Assembly (NCBI GenBank): GCA_038214755.1
Contig: JBBQRQ010000009.1
Span: 14,871 to 78,870, forward strand
From: Verrucomicrobiota bacterium
GTDB taxonomy: Bacteria; Verrucomicrobiota; Verrucomicrobiia; Limisphaerales; CANJXF01
Reading direction: 5' to 3'
DNA: 64,000 nucleotides
The notes beneath the pieces were generated by a model. The model saw only the letters and a list, made by a program, of their open reading frames with translations, had not been told where the DNA came from and ran no database searches. Shown here one piece after another: positions 10,890 through 21,423 of the stretch; position 1 is the first letter of the stretch; every line of letters starts with the position of its first letter. The position numbers and the translations under genes are program-made.

Positions 10890-13625
10890 ATGAAAATGAA
10901 AACATTATTTCCCCCAAAACTATTTCTTGGTACGACCGTGTTGCTGGCCGGGCTGTTGGCAGTCACGGCGCAGACGCTCCAGCCACAAGTGCTGTTTAGT
11001 TTTCCACATGGCCCGGAAAATCCCTATGCCGGTCTCGTGCAAGGGCAGGGCGGCAGTTTCTATGGCACGACTTCCAGCGGCGGCAGTGGCGGGTATGGGA
11101 CGATATTCCAAGTGACGACCAACGGCAAGTTGACCACGCTGGTCAGTTTTGCCTCCACCAACGGGACGCTTCCGTATTCGGGTCTGATGCTGGGTAGCGA
11201 TGGCCTTTACTACGGCACCACTTACAGTGGCGGCAGCAGCAACGTGGGAACGGTGTTCAAAGTGACTACCAACGGTGCATTGACCACGCTGGTCAGCTTC
11301 ATCAGCTACACCAACGCCAGCGGGGCGAGTCCGTTAGCGGGCCTGACGCCAGGCAGCGATGGCCTTTTGTATGGCACCACTTACACCGGCGGCACCGGTG
11401 GCAAGGGGACGTTGTTCAAGGTAACAACCAACGGTGCATTGACCACTCTGGTCACTTTCAACGGCACCAACGGCAGTTTTCCGCGAGGAGATCTGGCAGT
11501 GGGCGGCGATGGCCTTTTCTATGGCATAACTTATAGTGGCGGCAGCAGCAATAAAGGAACGGTGTTCAAAGTGACGACCAATGGCACGTTGACTACGCTG
11601 GTTAGTTTCACCTCCGTTAACGGGGAGAATCCGCAAGCGGGTCTGACGCTGGGCACCGATGGTAGTTTCTACGGCACGACTTACAGTGGCGGCAACCTCG
11701 GCTATGGGACGGTGTTCAAGGTGACGACCAATGGCACTCTGACTACGCTGGTCAGTTTCAACTTGGTTAACGGATCGCAACCGTATGCCGGTCTGGCACT
11801 GGGCAGCGACGGCCTTTTCTATGGCACAACTTATAGTGGCGGCAACAGCAACAGAGGGACGGTGTTCAAGGTGACGACCAACGGCATATTGACTTCGCTG
11901 GTTAGTTTCACCAATGCCATCGCCACTGGGTCGAATCCACAAGCAAGCCTGGTGCAGGGCAGTGATGGTCTTTTCTATGGCACAGCTTCCCAAGGCGGGA
12001 GCGGCGGCAAGGGGACGGTGTTCAAGATAACGACCAACGGCACGTTGACCACGCTGGTCACTTTCGCCTCTGTTTACGGGGCGCAACCGCATGCCGGTCT
12101 GGCACTGGGCAGCGATGGCCTTTATTACGGGACCACTTTAAGTGGCGGGAGCGGCGACCGGGGGACATTGTTTAAGGTGACAACCAATGGCACTTTGACC
12201 ACGCTATTCAACTTCGACTCCATCTACTACAACTCCAACCTTGGAAATTTTACTAATACTATCGGTGCGAATCCATTTGGGAGTATGACGCTGGGCAGCG
12301 ATGGCCTTTTTTATGGCACGACTGAAAATGGCGGCAGCCTCGGCTATGGGACGGTGTTCAAGGTGACGACTAACGGCGCATTGACCACGCTGGTCAACTT
12401 CAACTACACCAACGGGGCCAATCCGCAAGTAGGCCTGACGCTGGGCAGCGATGGACTCTTCTACGGCACGACAGTCAATGGCGGTAATGCCGGTGGAGGG
12501 ACGGTGTTCAAGATGACGACTAACGGCACGTTGACCACGCTGGTCAGTTTCGCTTCCACTAACGGGTCAACTCCGATTGGAAGTCTGGTGCAGGGGAGCG
12601 ACGGCCTTTTCTACGGCACGACTTACTATAGCGGCATTAGCGGCTATGGGACGGTATTCAAGGTGACGACCAACGGCGCGTTAACTACATTGGTCACGTT
12701 CAACTCTGCCAACGGGGGAGGGCCGCAAGGGGTAACGCTAGGCAACGATGGGCTTTTGTATGGCACGACCTACTATGGTGGCAGCAGTGGCAAGGGGACG
12801 GTGTTCAAGATAACGACCAATGGCGCGTTGACCACGCTGGTCAACTTCAACCACGTGAACGGAGCCTCTCCGCTAGCGGGTCTGACGCTGGGCGGCGATG
12901 GCCATTTCTATGGCACGACCGATAGTGGTGGCGGCAGTAATATGGGCACGATATTTAAGATGACGACTAATGGCACGTTGACCACGCTGGTCAGTTTCAA
13001 TTCGGCCAACGGGTCGTATCCCGAAGCGAGTCTGACGTTGGGTCGCGAGGGTAGTTTCTACAGCACGACCGTCAATGGCGGCAGCGATAATTTTGGGGTG
13101 ATCTTCCGCCTGGACTTGCCGCCGGGAATTATTTCGCAGCCGGCCAGTCGAACCAATAGCGTGGGCACAACCGCCACCTTCACTGTCACTGCCAGCGGGA
13201 CGCAACCATTCAGTTATCAGTGGCGCAAGAATGGAACTAACATCGTGGATGGCGGGAATGTTTCCGGCGCAACCGCTAACACGCTCACGCTGGCGAATGT
13301 TCAGACCAATGACGCGGGTGGTTTCGCGGTAGTCGTCACCAACAGTTGGGGTAGTGTGACCAGTGCCGTGGCCGTGCTGACCGTGCAGACAGGTGGCAGC
13401 ATTTCGGTGGTGTCACTGCAAGTGGGAGTTCCGGCTCCGCCGACCAACACGCTCACCTTCGCGGGCATTCCCAACGCCCAATACCTCGTGCAATTCGCCA
13501 CGAACCTAACCAGCAGTCCCTGGTTCATCCTGTCAACGAACACCGCGAGCGCGGACGGAACCTGGACGGTGATTGATCCCACCGCCACCAACGTGGAGCG
13601 GTACTATCGCGTCGCTATGCCGTAA
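10890..13625 (+). CDS. Tandem paralogue of the upstream GloVer-repeat protein
   Basis: ATG at 10890 (MKMKTLFPPKLFLGTTVLLAGLLAVTA); same repeat, Ig and C-terminal architecture; 3' end nearly identical in DNA to 10620-10843. Confidence 0.9.
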   Translation: MKMKTLFPPKLFLGTTVLLAGLLAVTAQTLQPQVLFSFPHGPENPYAGLVQGQGGSFYGTTSSGGSGGYGTIFQVTTNGKLTTLVSFASTNGTLPYSGLMLGSDGLYYGTTYSGGSSNVGTVFKVTTNGALTTLVSFISYTNASGASPLAGLTPGSDGLLYGTTYTGGTGGKGTLFKVTTNGALTTLVTFNGTNGSFPRGDLAVGGDGLFYGITYSGGSSNKGTVFKVTTNGTLTTLVSFTSVNGENPQAGLTLGTDGSFYGTTYSGGNLGYGTVFKVTTNGTLTTLVSFNLVNGSQPYAGLALGSDGLFYGTTYSGGNSNRGTVFKVTTNGILTSLVSFTNAIATGSNPQASLVQGSDGLFYGTASQGGSGGKGTVFKITTNGTLTTLVTFASVYGAQPHAGLALGSDGLYYGTTLSGGSGDRGTLFKVTTNGTLTTLFNFDSIYYNSNLGNFTNTIGANPFGSMTLGSDGLFYGTTENGGSLGYGTVFKVTTNGALTTLVNFNYTNGANPQVGLTLGSDGLFYGTTVNGGNAGGGTVFKMTTNGTLTTLVSFASTNGSTPIGSLVQGSDGLFYGTTYYSGISGYGTVFKVTTNGALTTLVTFNSANGGGPQGVTLGNDGLLYGTTYYGGSSGKGTVFKITTNGALTTLVNFNHVNGASPLAGLTLGGDGHFYGTTDSGGGSNMGTIFKMTTNGTLTTLVSFNSANGSYPEASLTLGREGSFYSTTVNGGSDNFGVIFRLDLPPGIISQPASRTNSVGTTATFTVTASGTQPFSYQWRKNGTNIVDGGNVSGATANTLTLANVQTNDAGGFAVVVTNSWGSVTSAVAVLTVQTGGSISVVSLQVGVPAPPTNTLTFAGIPNAQYLVQFATNLTSSPWFILSTNTASADGTWTVIDPTATNVERYYRVAMP

Positions 13626-13666
13626 AGAGGTCAGTCGTGCGCAACCGCATTTTGACTTTTCGGAAC

Positions 13667-14491
13667 TCATTTCTGATTGAACTCAGTGGCGAAGCGGAAG
13701 GACTCCACGTAATGACCGTCCTTCTTCTCTTCATTCTTGCGATAGGTTTCCTTGAGAGTGGCCAAGGTTTTCGGTTCCCAGTCCGGGCGGTATTTCGTGA
13801 CGGCGGGTTCGAACTGGCTCACCTGTTTGGTAATGGCGTCCAGCTTCAATTCAAAAGTGGAGTCAATGTTGACGTGGTAATTGGCGTCGTTGGTTGTAGT
13901 GTAAAAGAAATAAAGATTCGGTACGATGTACGGTTGCAGTTTGTCCACCAGCAGGTGTTCAGGGTAGTAGAGATGAAACTCTGCGGCGCGCACGGCATCA
14001 ATGGTGTTGAATGCCGCCATGCGATGATCGGTCTTGTGCCAGCGCTCGTACCACTCGCCAGGATCCACGGACAGAATTGCGTCCGGGCGATATTGCCGGA
14101 TGATTTTCGTTACCTGACCGCACAGCATTTTCGGCGGGACATATTCCAACTCACCGTCATCGTGGCCCAACCAGACGATATTTTCCTTGGGAATACCCAG
14201 GACAGCGCACGAAGCCTCCTCTTCAGCCTTGCGGATGCGTGCCAGACGCTCTGAAGTCATGTCTTGATCGTAGCTGCCTTTGTTGTCGTTCGTGTAAATG
14301 ACGATGATGACGCGGTTCTTGTTCTTGGCCAGCAACGCGAGTGTGCCACCGACGGCGAACGTGTCGTCGTCCGGATGCGGCGTGAAGGCGACGATGGTTT
14401 TGTTGGTGTAGTTTTCGAGCCGTTCAGCGGCCCCGATTTCCGCAGCGCAAGCCAGCAACACAACTAGGAGCAACAGAATTTTTTCCTTCAT
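13667..14491 (-). CDS. PIG-L/LmbE family deacetylase, exported
   Basis: Signal peptide; PHPDDD, R..EE..SC..LG and HKTDH metal-binding motifs. Confidence 0.9.
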   Translation of the reverse strand: MKEKILLLLVVLLACAAEIGAAERLENYTNKTIVAFTPHPDDDTFAVGGTLALLAKNKNRVIIVIYTNDNKGSYDQDMTSERLARIRKAEEEASCAVLGIPKENIVWLGHDDGELEYVPPKMLCGQVTKIIRQYRPDAILSVDPGEWYERWHKTDHRMAAFNTIDAVRAAEFHLYYPEHLLVDKLQPYIVPNLYFFYTTTNDANYHVNIDSTFELKLDAITKQVSQFEPAVTKYRPDWEPKTLATLKETYRKNEEKKDGHYVESFRFATEFNQK

Positions 14492-14539
14492 TTAGATGAT
14501 TTGTTTTAGTGACCAGGGTCAACGATTCGGAATGCATAT

Positions 14540-16933
14540 TCAGTTCTTCAACAACCACACTTCGCTGACGCGAGATTGTTGACGCCAGTTGAGGTGTCCT
14601 TCATCCGTCAGAGGATCGAAGGTCAAAACCAATTTGCCATCTTGAGTCAGATTTGCCGGCACGGGAAACTCTTTGATCTCGCCGACCTCTTTGCCTTGGA
14701 TCGTCGGTGTCAAGAGACTGCCATCGGCGCGCAGTTTGGCCTGGCCATAACCGGTCAACCGCACTCGATAGGAAGATTGCGGGTCGAGATGATGGTATGC
14801 GATGCCGAGCGGCCAATCCATGCTGGTCTGCCAGGAGAGTCGTTTGCGGCTCGAACCCTCATTCCACCACCAGAAGCCCGGAGTCGGATTCTTGTCCATC
14901 GTCGGATCAGTGTTCAACCCTTCTCCGCGGATGACGTGAGGCGACTTGGCAATGTTTCCTACCTCGTCATAAAAACTGCCTGAGCCGGGAGTTTCCCAAG
15001 TGCGAATTGTCTCAAGCTGTTTCAACTTGTCGGGTTCTGTTGCGAGTTTGCGAATGCGCGCGAACTCGTCCTCCAGCCACCAACGGTTATTGAGCGGGTG
15101 ATCAACAAAGTCCAGAACTGCGCCTCGCTCATGCCCACTGGCCTGGTAACGTTCGACACTGGTTTGCAGCTTGATGGACTTGAATAGGTCCTCGCATAAC
15201 TGGACTATCCGCTCTCGCCACTCTTTCTTCACGGGTTGCGCAACTGCTCGTTGCAAAACAGCGAGGGCATCGTTCATCGCAGACTCCGAACCTTGTTTCG
15301 ACGCATTGGCCAAAGCGCTGTTCGCTTCGTTTTCCAATTTGGATTCATAGAGCAAACGATGTCGCGTGTAGGCATCGTAGTAAGCGCGAAGGAGACAAAG
15401 TTGCCAACGCCAGTTGTCGCGCACCGCCGGAGATTTGCGTTCGAGTTGTTGCCAGTGCGCCAGCGTTCCATCCACGCTGCCATTCGCGGCCAGTGGGCCT
15501 TCCCAGTTTTTTTCCAGCGCGAGAATGCCGTCGGCAGCGGACTCGGCCACAGTCGGTCCGAAGAAGAACCGAGTGTATTGAACGAGGATGTCGCTCGCTT
15601 CCAAATCGGGATTCCAACCCAACATGCTCCACACGGTTTTGTTCACGTCATCGTGCGCGCCGTCCGAGTAGGAAATCGAACCGGTGGTGTAAGGGCCGAA
15701 ATAATTTTGAATCAGCTTGTAGAAAACGGGACGGGGATTCGAACACTCCCGGCCCAAGGTGAAATTAAAGGCGGCGTCCCACCACACGACCGGAAACTGG
15801 CAACGAACCGTATGCGTGATGTCCGGGTAGTCGCGCAATCCGTACTTTTGTGGCAAGCGCGCTCGCGTCTGCGGAATAGGCGGACTGCTCGGACCGGCCA
15901 CCAGACCGCCGAGCCAATCCGGCATTTTTTCGTTAATCCAGGTGTGAACGGTATCCACTTGTGGCTTTTTAAATCCCTGCATCGAGAGCCAGATTTTCGC
16001 GCGCGGATGATGCTTCGCCAGCACCTTGGACAAGTCTTCGAGAAAAGGAATGACGTGTTCCGGCTCGTTGTTTCCGGGATCGCCTCCGGGAAAAAAAATT
16101 CCGTCAAGGCGTTTGCAATCGCGAAAAAATCTTTCGTGTTCTTCCAAGGCTTTCGTGCGTTTCGCGCTATCCTTGAGATCGAAATCGGCGGGAGTCCAAA
16201 TCCAATACTGCATCTCATAGCGCGCGCAAATTTCGCTGATCTTCCGGTCCATGACCTCGCGGGGCAACGGCATGTGCGGACTTTTCCTGTCATCCTGAAA
16301 CGGAATGCTCTCGATGCTGTTCGCGCCAAACAAAGCCAACTCGCGGATGTATTGCTCGTATTGCTTGTCGTCCCAAGCATCGTAACTGTTGGCTGCGGCG
16401 CGATAACCGAGTTGATGCCCGCGAATAGGATGAACCGGAGCAGTGGCAATATCCAGACTGGATGGAACGCTGGCGGAACCTTTGGCCCAATCCAATGATC
16501 GCAGAAGTTGACCGACGCCGAAAAGCGTTCCCCGCGAATCTGCGCCAGTGATCCAGACGATACCCGGCTTCGCCTCGCCGCTTTCCACGAGCAGTCGAAA
16601 ACCTTCCGGACGATTCTCCGGCAAATCCGTACCTTCGCGTCGCGGAATCGTTTTATTCCAGCCCGAGACATCTGGCGTCGATGAGATCGCGATGGCGACC
16701 CCACGCTTCGGCCAATTGGTACTGATCGACCAGTTCAGTCCCGTCCGTTTCTTCACTTCTTCCACCAAGACGCGGGCGGCGGTCTGCTCGGCGGGAGGAA
16801 GATTTCCCGGACGCACGACGACGGTGGCTTTGCTTAGATCAAGATTTGTTGCGATGCGCGATTCCGCCAGCAAACAGAAACTCGACATCAACATAGTTGC
16901 GACGGCCAAGAAGCTGGGTCGAAATGAATGCAT
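14540..16933 (-). CDS. Exported glycoside-hydrolase-like protein (N-terminal GH20/GH67-type domain 2)
   Basis: Probable start at 16933; PEGFRL...ITGADSRGTLFGVGQLLR...PIRGHQLGYR is typical of the hexosaminidase/glucuronidase N-terminal domain followed by a TIM barrel. Confidence 0.7.
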   Translation of the reverse strand: MHSFRPSFLAVATMLMSSFCLLAESRIATNLDLSKATVVVRPGNLPPAEQTAARVLVEEVKKRTGLNWSISTNWPKRGVAIAISSTPDVSGWNKTIPRREGTDLPENRPEGFRLLVESGEAKPGIVWITGADSRGTLFGVGQLLRSLDWAKGSASVPSSLDIATAPVHPIRGHQLGYRAAANSYDAWDDKQYEQYIRELALFGANSIESIPFQDDRKSPHMPLPREVMDRKISEICARYEMQYWIWTPADFDLKDSAKRTKALEEHERFFRDCKRLDGIFFPGGDPGNNEPEHVIPFLEDLSKVLAKHHPRAKIWLSMQGFKKPQVDTVHTWINEKMPDWLGGLVAGPSSPPIPQTRARLPQKYGLRDYPDITHTVRCQFPVVWWDAAFNFTLGRECSNPRPVFYKLIQNYFGPYTTGSISYSDGAHDDVNKTVWSMLGWNPDLEASDILVQYTRFFFGPTVAESAADGILALEKNWEGPLAANGSVDGTLAHWQQLERKSPAVRDNWRWQLCLLRAYYDAYTRHRLLYESKLENEANSALANASKQGSESAMNDALAVLQRAVAQPVKKEWRERIVQLCEDLFKSIKLQTSVERYQASGHERGAVLDFVDHPLNNRWWLEDEFARIRKLATEPDKLKQLETIRTWETPGSGSFYDEVGNIAKSPHVIRGEGLNTDPTMDKNPTPGFWWWNEGSSRKRLSWQTSMDWPLGIAYHHLDPQSSYRVRLTGYGQAKLRADGSLLTPTIQGKEVGEIKEFPVPANLTQDGKLVLTFDPLTDEGHLNWRQQSRVSEVWLLKN

Positions 16934-17103
16934 GCAATAATCTCCGCAAAACCGGAGAAGGAGCGCAATGGAAAAGAACGAGTCAATATTAAGGCGGGCA
17001 TACTTTTCAGCCGCGTTATGTCGCACGATCGAGCGGTGGTGAACCGGGCGACGTTTGACGAGGAATGGGTTTGGGAGGGGGCGAAACAGAAAAGTGCCAA
17101 GAG

Positions 17104-17736
17104 TTAAGCGAAACGCCGACGCAGATTCGCTCCTAACAACAGGACGCTGAAACTTAAAAGAACTAGGGAAGGCGGTTCAGGAACGGCCATTGCATGGATG
17201 GCGAATTGAAAGGGGTTCGGACGGTAGCCTGACCAGCTTGAGCCGTTAGGCGAGCTTAAAAAGCCACCATCCAAAAACCATCCGTTACTCGCACTGTATT
17301 GGGATGTATTCTGAATACTCCATTGATACGCTCCAACCGCAACAGGTGTTCCCGCGGTAATCACAACAAAATAACGAGTTGCTGGCGATAATGACAGGCT
17401 CGCGGCGATATAGGTGTAAATGCCTCCGGCGTCCGGGTTAGCTCCCGCCAAGTTACCTTGGCTGGTCCCCGGCACAACGCCGTTCGCATCGTAAAGATAG
17501 GCAGCAAAACCACCAGGCTTCCCTACAGAGGAAGCCATTAACAGTTGGATTGAACTGAGTTCGTAGCCTCCTACATTCGTCCCAGTGTGAAAGGAAACTG
17601 CCCGCCACGAGTCGCTTGCCACTGTGGTTACGTCTGCAGACGGCCCAAAATTTGATAAATAAGTCGTTCCTTGAGCTTTTCCAATCAGCGGTGTGAGGAA
17701 ACCTACCAGCAGAAAAGTAGAAATTGTCTTTTTCAT
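17104..17736 (-). CDS. PEP-CTERM sorting-domain protein (choice-of-anchor R-like)
   Basis: Signal peptide; C-terminal VPEP + hydrophobic stretch + RRR. Confidence 0.9.
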   Translation of the reverse strand: MKKTISTFLLVGFLTPLIGKAQGTTYLSNFGPSADVTTVASDSWRAVSFHTGTNVGGYELSSIQLLMASSVGKPGGFAAYLYDANGVVPGTSQGNLAGANPDAGGIYTYIAASLSLSPATRYFVVITAGTPVAVGAYQWSIQNTSQYSASNGWFLDGGFLSSPNGSSWSGYRPNPFQFAIHAMAVPEPPSLVLLSFSVLLLGANLRRRFA

Positions 17737-17753
17737 AAATTGCTCCGTGAAAC

Positions 17754-20700
17754 TTACTCACAAGATGACCAGGCCTTCAGAAAGAGGGCGGAATCGAGAA
17801 TTGCATCACCGAAATCTTCAATCGCAATTTTGATATGGTTCGTAACATTGGCTGAAACCTGAATCTGCGCCGTGAGCAGCACGGTGGTTCCATCATATTG
17901 GAGGTTAAAAATCGGGGTTTTAGTGGAGTAGTTTGGATCTCCATTGTCCACATAGTACTGAGGATTGGCAGGGGGAACATAGACATTCGATATATTAGTA
18001 CCTCCTCCATTAATTGAATTAACCGTCACCGCTGTGCTGGTTCCCGGGACCAATGCAATATTATTGGTCGTATTAATAACCCAATTTGTGCCGTTATAGT
18101 TCGTGCTGACAAAGATCGCCATAGGGTCGCTATAGCCATTCGTCGTGTTTATGTATTCGGGATATTCTTCGGAAGCGAAGATATATTTAAACTGGAGCAG
18201 AAAGGAATTTGACGAGATAATATCGAACTCAAGAACTGCCGCATTAGCCACTATGCCGGTCCCTACGAGACTATCAAGGTCGGTGTCGTTTACGGCGTTA
18301 TTATTGAGGCCTGCGTCGGATTGGTTGTTGGGGCCAATCGCAAGTGCAATGTCACCCGATGAAAGAATCACTCCGCCCTCGATTGGGAGTCCGACCGCAA
18401 AGCCGTTTGTAAATAAACCTAGAGCTACTTGTGCTCCGATGTTAGTTGCGTTCGTAACTATAACGCCGGGTGGCATCAATAGCTGCGCCAGTTCCGTTGG
18501 TGTGGCATTGGTGCTCACCCAGAGACGCTCTCGGTAATGGAATCCAATATCGACCGCGCTGGAGTCGAGAGTTTGATTTGTAAGCACCGTGAAATTCGAG
18601 AGTCGGGCGTCTTCAGTGGTTCTGCTCCCGGCATCCAGCAAAAGACTCAAGTTGCCATCGCTATCGGGATAATAAAATCGACCCAAGAGGCCGGTTTCAT
18701 AGGCGGGATTGTCGGCCAAGATTACGTCGTTGCTCGCGTTCGGGCTCAGCCGAGTCTGGTTGGTGATATAGCCGTTGTAATCGTGAGTAAAGTATTCGCC
18801 CGTCCCGCCGCGCGTAATTGTCGTTCTATCGAATAAATTATCGTAGGCCAAGAGAACTGGACTGTCCGCCTGAGCTTTGTAAAAAAGGGTGCCTCCGTAA
18901 AAAAGATTATTGTATAAGTACCATTCTTTATCATAACCGTTATCTTCCAAAGAAACATAGACGCGGTGCCATAGGCAATTTGTTAGAGCAAATGACGCCT
19001 CGTTTCCTGTGAACTTCCCTCCATAAAACTGAGAGTGGGTAAACGAAGATAAACCGGTGCTACTGGTTGTATCGTCGAAATGATTACCGGTTCCGCCTGG
19101 GAGCGACCAGCCAGTAAAATATGTCCGCACGGTCGGCGAACTGGACAACATCTTTACGCTGCTAGCGACGGAACTGAATGACCAGTTCGTTGTGCTCTGC
19201 TCTTGGACGGTGTTGTAACGGACTATCCAGTTGAGTCGTCCGGGATTTCCCTCCGATATTAAACCGCCCGAATTCAGTCCCAGCCCATAAGACGATGAGG
19301 AGCCATAGATACCGAGAGCGACCCCACAGGTTAGTTTTACAGTAGCGGCGACTGTTCGACCGCTAACCACGTAATCCAGCGGGTCGTAGTGGTAGCCACG
19401 ATCGGGTGTGTCCGTGTCCCTCTGCGCATAAGGCTGGAGCATCGTATCCACCGAGAAGTTATTCGTATAGACAAATGGCGGATAAGTAGTTTTCTTCTTC
19501 AAGTCGGCTGCCAGGCTCGAAGTAATATTCGTTGTGCCGGTATCACGATTCGTGCTCGAGTCAGCGAGATAATGGCTCCCGGCCCCGACAGTTTGAAAGA
19601 CACCACTGGCACTGGCATAGGTTACTACCTGGTTCGTGGAGACAACGTCCAGGCTCCCGAGGCCATTTGTGATCGCAACAAGGAGGCAGTTTGTCAGATA
19701 AAGTTCACTGTTGGCGCTTCCAGCGTGGACCCAAAACTTATTGCAGGCATCCACGGTCAGGTGTTGGCCGCGAAAGATGTTGTCATACCCGCCGTTGATG
19801 ACATTGGTGACTAAGTAATAAAGACAATTGTCCGCATAGATAGTGTTTTCACCGTTGTTTTCCAAATTGAGGGCATACCGGCAATCGATAAACTGCATGT
19901 TGCCTAACCGAAATTCGCCGGAGTTGAAGAGCAGCGTGACCGCACTATTGGCGTGGGAAAAACGAAGATAATTCAATGCGCCACCGCTCGTGCTGAAGTC
20001 CAGCCCCTCTCCATATTTTCCGGACGGAGAACCGGTGCTGCCTGAAATGGTTTCTCCGACGGTATTATCGTCCTTGGCGGTGAACACGGCCGGGCGATAG
20101 GGTTCGGTCTTACAATCAATAGAACCGGTGACCGAAATTGCGGGGGCGTTACTGGAAAACTTCACCACTGTCCCGCCCTCAATTACAGTGGCTTGGCTCA
20201 AGGTCACACGACCGCTCATATAATAGGTCGTGTCGCCTTTAAAAGTAAAATTCGTGGCAGACGAAAGAACTGAATAATCCAGAACAAATCCTTTTTCCCT
20301 TGGTTTAAGGATTGCCACTTCGATGGAGTTTTTCTTTTTCGTGTTTGTCGCTGCTCGTTTCGGCAGCAGCCGTTCCAAAGAAACGACATGACGCACACCT
20401 TTTGCCGTTGGCTTAATAGCGGCGTGCGCAGGCAACGGCAACGTTCCAAGATGGTTTTTAATTTTCTGGTAATCCAATTCCTCAATCAGAAAATTCCGCT
20501 CGTTCAATTTTACCCATGCTTTATCCACCGTCACCGGTTCGAGCGCCGTTTCATGGCCGATGAAAAAAGCTTTTCCCACTCCAATCTGCATTGCGCCAAA
20601 ATCCAAGATTGCGTCGCACTCGCGTTCGCCGCGAACCTGTTTCTGGATGTGCGGCGCGGGCGGATCATTGAACTCAGTCAACAGTTGCAAACGCGTCGTT

Positions 20701-21278
20701 TGCGGATTCAAACCGTAATCGGCTGGGGAAGAAAATTGCTCCCGAAAGATGACGTCCTGTTCCAAACCGGCTTTCGTGTAGGTGTAGCGCACATCCGCTT
20801 TCAGGTCTGTAAACGCGTTGGGATAAATCAGCACGTTCGGTTCAGTGAGCACGCCAATGGAATCTTTCAATTCCGCGATCAAGACGTTTTGGCCCGTGGC
20901 GGCATCAAAATAACTCAACCCCAAAATATGTGACGTGAGGCGTTTCCCATCTCGCATCACCAAATCCACCGCGCCCGGGGCATTGAGGTTGGCAAGAAAA
21001 CGGACTTGGTGATTGCCCTTGAGCGTTGCGGCCCCGGTGGGAGTGATTTCAATGACCGCTTCCGATTCCCGCCATTGGCCATCCTCCAAATAATGCATCC
21101 CTGTTTCCAATTCGGTATAGCCAGCCTTGATCGGCCTGTCATTGCCATTTATTAACTCTGTCCGCTCCCAAACCCGATGGTTGAATCCTCTCTCTGCGAT
21201 AGAGAACTCGGCCTGCTGGGCGACAGCCGCTCCGGTTATCAACAGAGTGAAAACAAAGCAGCAAAGGGAGGGTTTCAT
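17754..21278 (-). CDS. Large exported beta-helix protein with C-terminal choice-of-anchor L domain
   Basis: ATG at 21278 (MKPSLCCFVFTLLITGAAVA); C-terminal GVILSSG...LEFD...YIFASEEYPEY...NIALVPGT...QYDG.T..L...HIKIAIED.GD..LDSALF motifs. Confidence 0.8.
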   Translation of the reverse strand: MKPSLCCFVFTLLITGAAVAQQAEFSIAERGFNHRVWERTELINGNDRPIKAGYTELETGMHYLEDGQWRESEAVIEITPTGAATLKGNHQVRFLANLNAPGAVDLVMRDGKRLTSHILGLSYFDAATGQNVLIAELKDSIGVLTEPNVLIYPNAFTDLKADVRYTYTKAGLEQDVIFREQFSSPADYGLNPQTTRLQLLTEFNDPPAPHIQKQVRGERECDAILDFGAMQIGVGKAFFIGHETALEPVTVDKAWVKLNERNFLIEELDYQKIKNHLGTLPLPAHAAIKPTAKGVRHVVSLERLLPKRAATNTKKKNSIEVAILKPREKGFVLDYSVLSSATNFTFKGDTTYYMSGRVTLSQATVIEGGTVVKFSSNAPAISVTGSIDCKTEPYRPAVFTAKDDNTVGETISGSTGSPSGKYGEGLDFSTSGGALNYLRFSHANSAVTLLFNSGEFRLGNMQFIDCRYALNLENNGENTIYADNCLYYLVTNVINGGYDNIFRGQHLTVDACNKFWVHAGSANSELYLTNCLLVAITNGLGSLDVVSTNQVVTYASASGVFQTVGAGSHYLADSSTNRDTGTTNITSSLAADLKKKTTYPPFVYTNNFSVDTMLQPYAQRDTDTPDRGYHYDPLDYVVSGRTVAATVKLTCGVALGIYGSSSSYGLGLNSGGLISEGNPGRLNWIVRYNTVQEQSTTNWSFSSVASSVKMLSSSPTVRTYFTGWSLPGGTGNHFDDTTSSTGLSSFTHSQFYGGKFTGNEASFALTNCLWHRVYVSLEDNGYDKEWYLYNNLFYGGTLFYKAQADSPVLLAYDNLFDRTTITRGGTGEYFTHDYNGYITNQTRLSPNASNDVILADNPAYETGLLGRFYYPDSDGNLSLLLDAGSRTTEDARLSNFTVLTNQTLDSSAVDIGFHYRERLWVSTNATPTELAQLLMPPGVIVTNATNIGAQVALGLFTNGFAVGLPIEGGVILSSGDIALAIGPNNQSDAGLNNNAVNDTDLDSLVGTGIVANAAVLEFDIISSNSFLLQFKYIFASEEYPEYINTTNGYSDPMAIFVSTNYNGTNWVINTTNNIALVPGTSTAVTVNSINGGGTNISNVYVPPANPQYYVDNGDPNYSTKTPIFNLQYDGTTVLLTAQIQVSANVTNHIKIAIEDFGDAILDSALFLKAWSSCE

Positions 21279-21423
21279 AGTTTTGGACGAAAGGCACCGC
21301 GGACATCGGAATGTTATGGGAGACAGGCCAAGCCTAGACCTTATCGGCGGGATGTCAATGCAAGGATCAAATTGATTTTTTAATAGCGAAGGCGAGATCA
21401 AACCGGGCAGTGTTGGAAGCGGA

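Noticed and set aside
8300..13100. Regularly spaced DNA repeats as a CRISPR array
   Set aside because: They are degenerate, in-frame protein repeats inside long ORFs; no cas genes.
10620..13625. Near-identical 3' ends of two paralogues as a DGR template/variable repeat pair
   Set aside because: Mismatches are not confined to adenines, both copies are coding, and no reverse transcriptase is in the window.
15236..16704. Long overlapping ORFs (420 aa +, 330 aa -)
   Set aside because: Shadow frames of the 14540..16933 gene; Arg/Ser-rich with no motifs.
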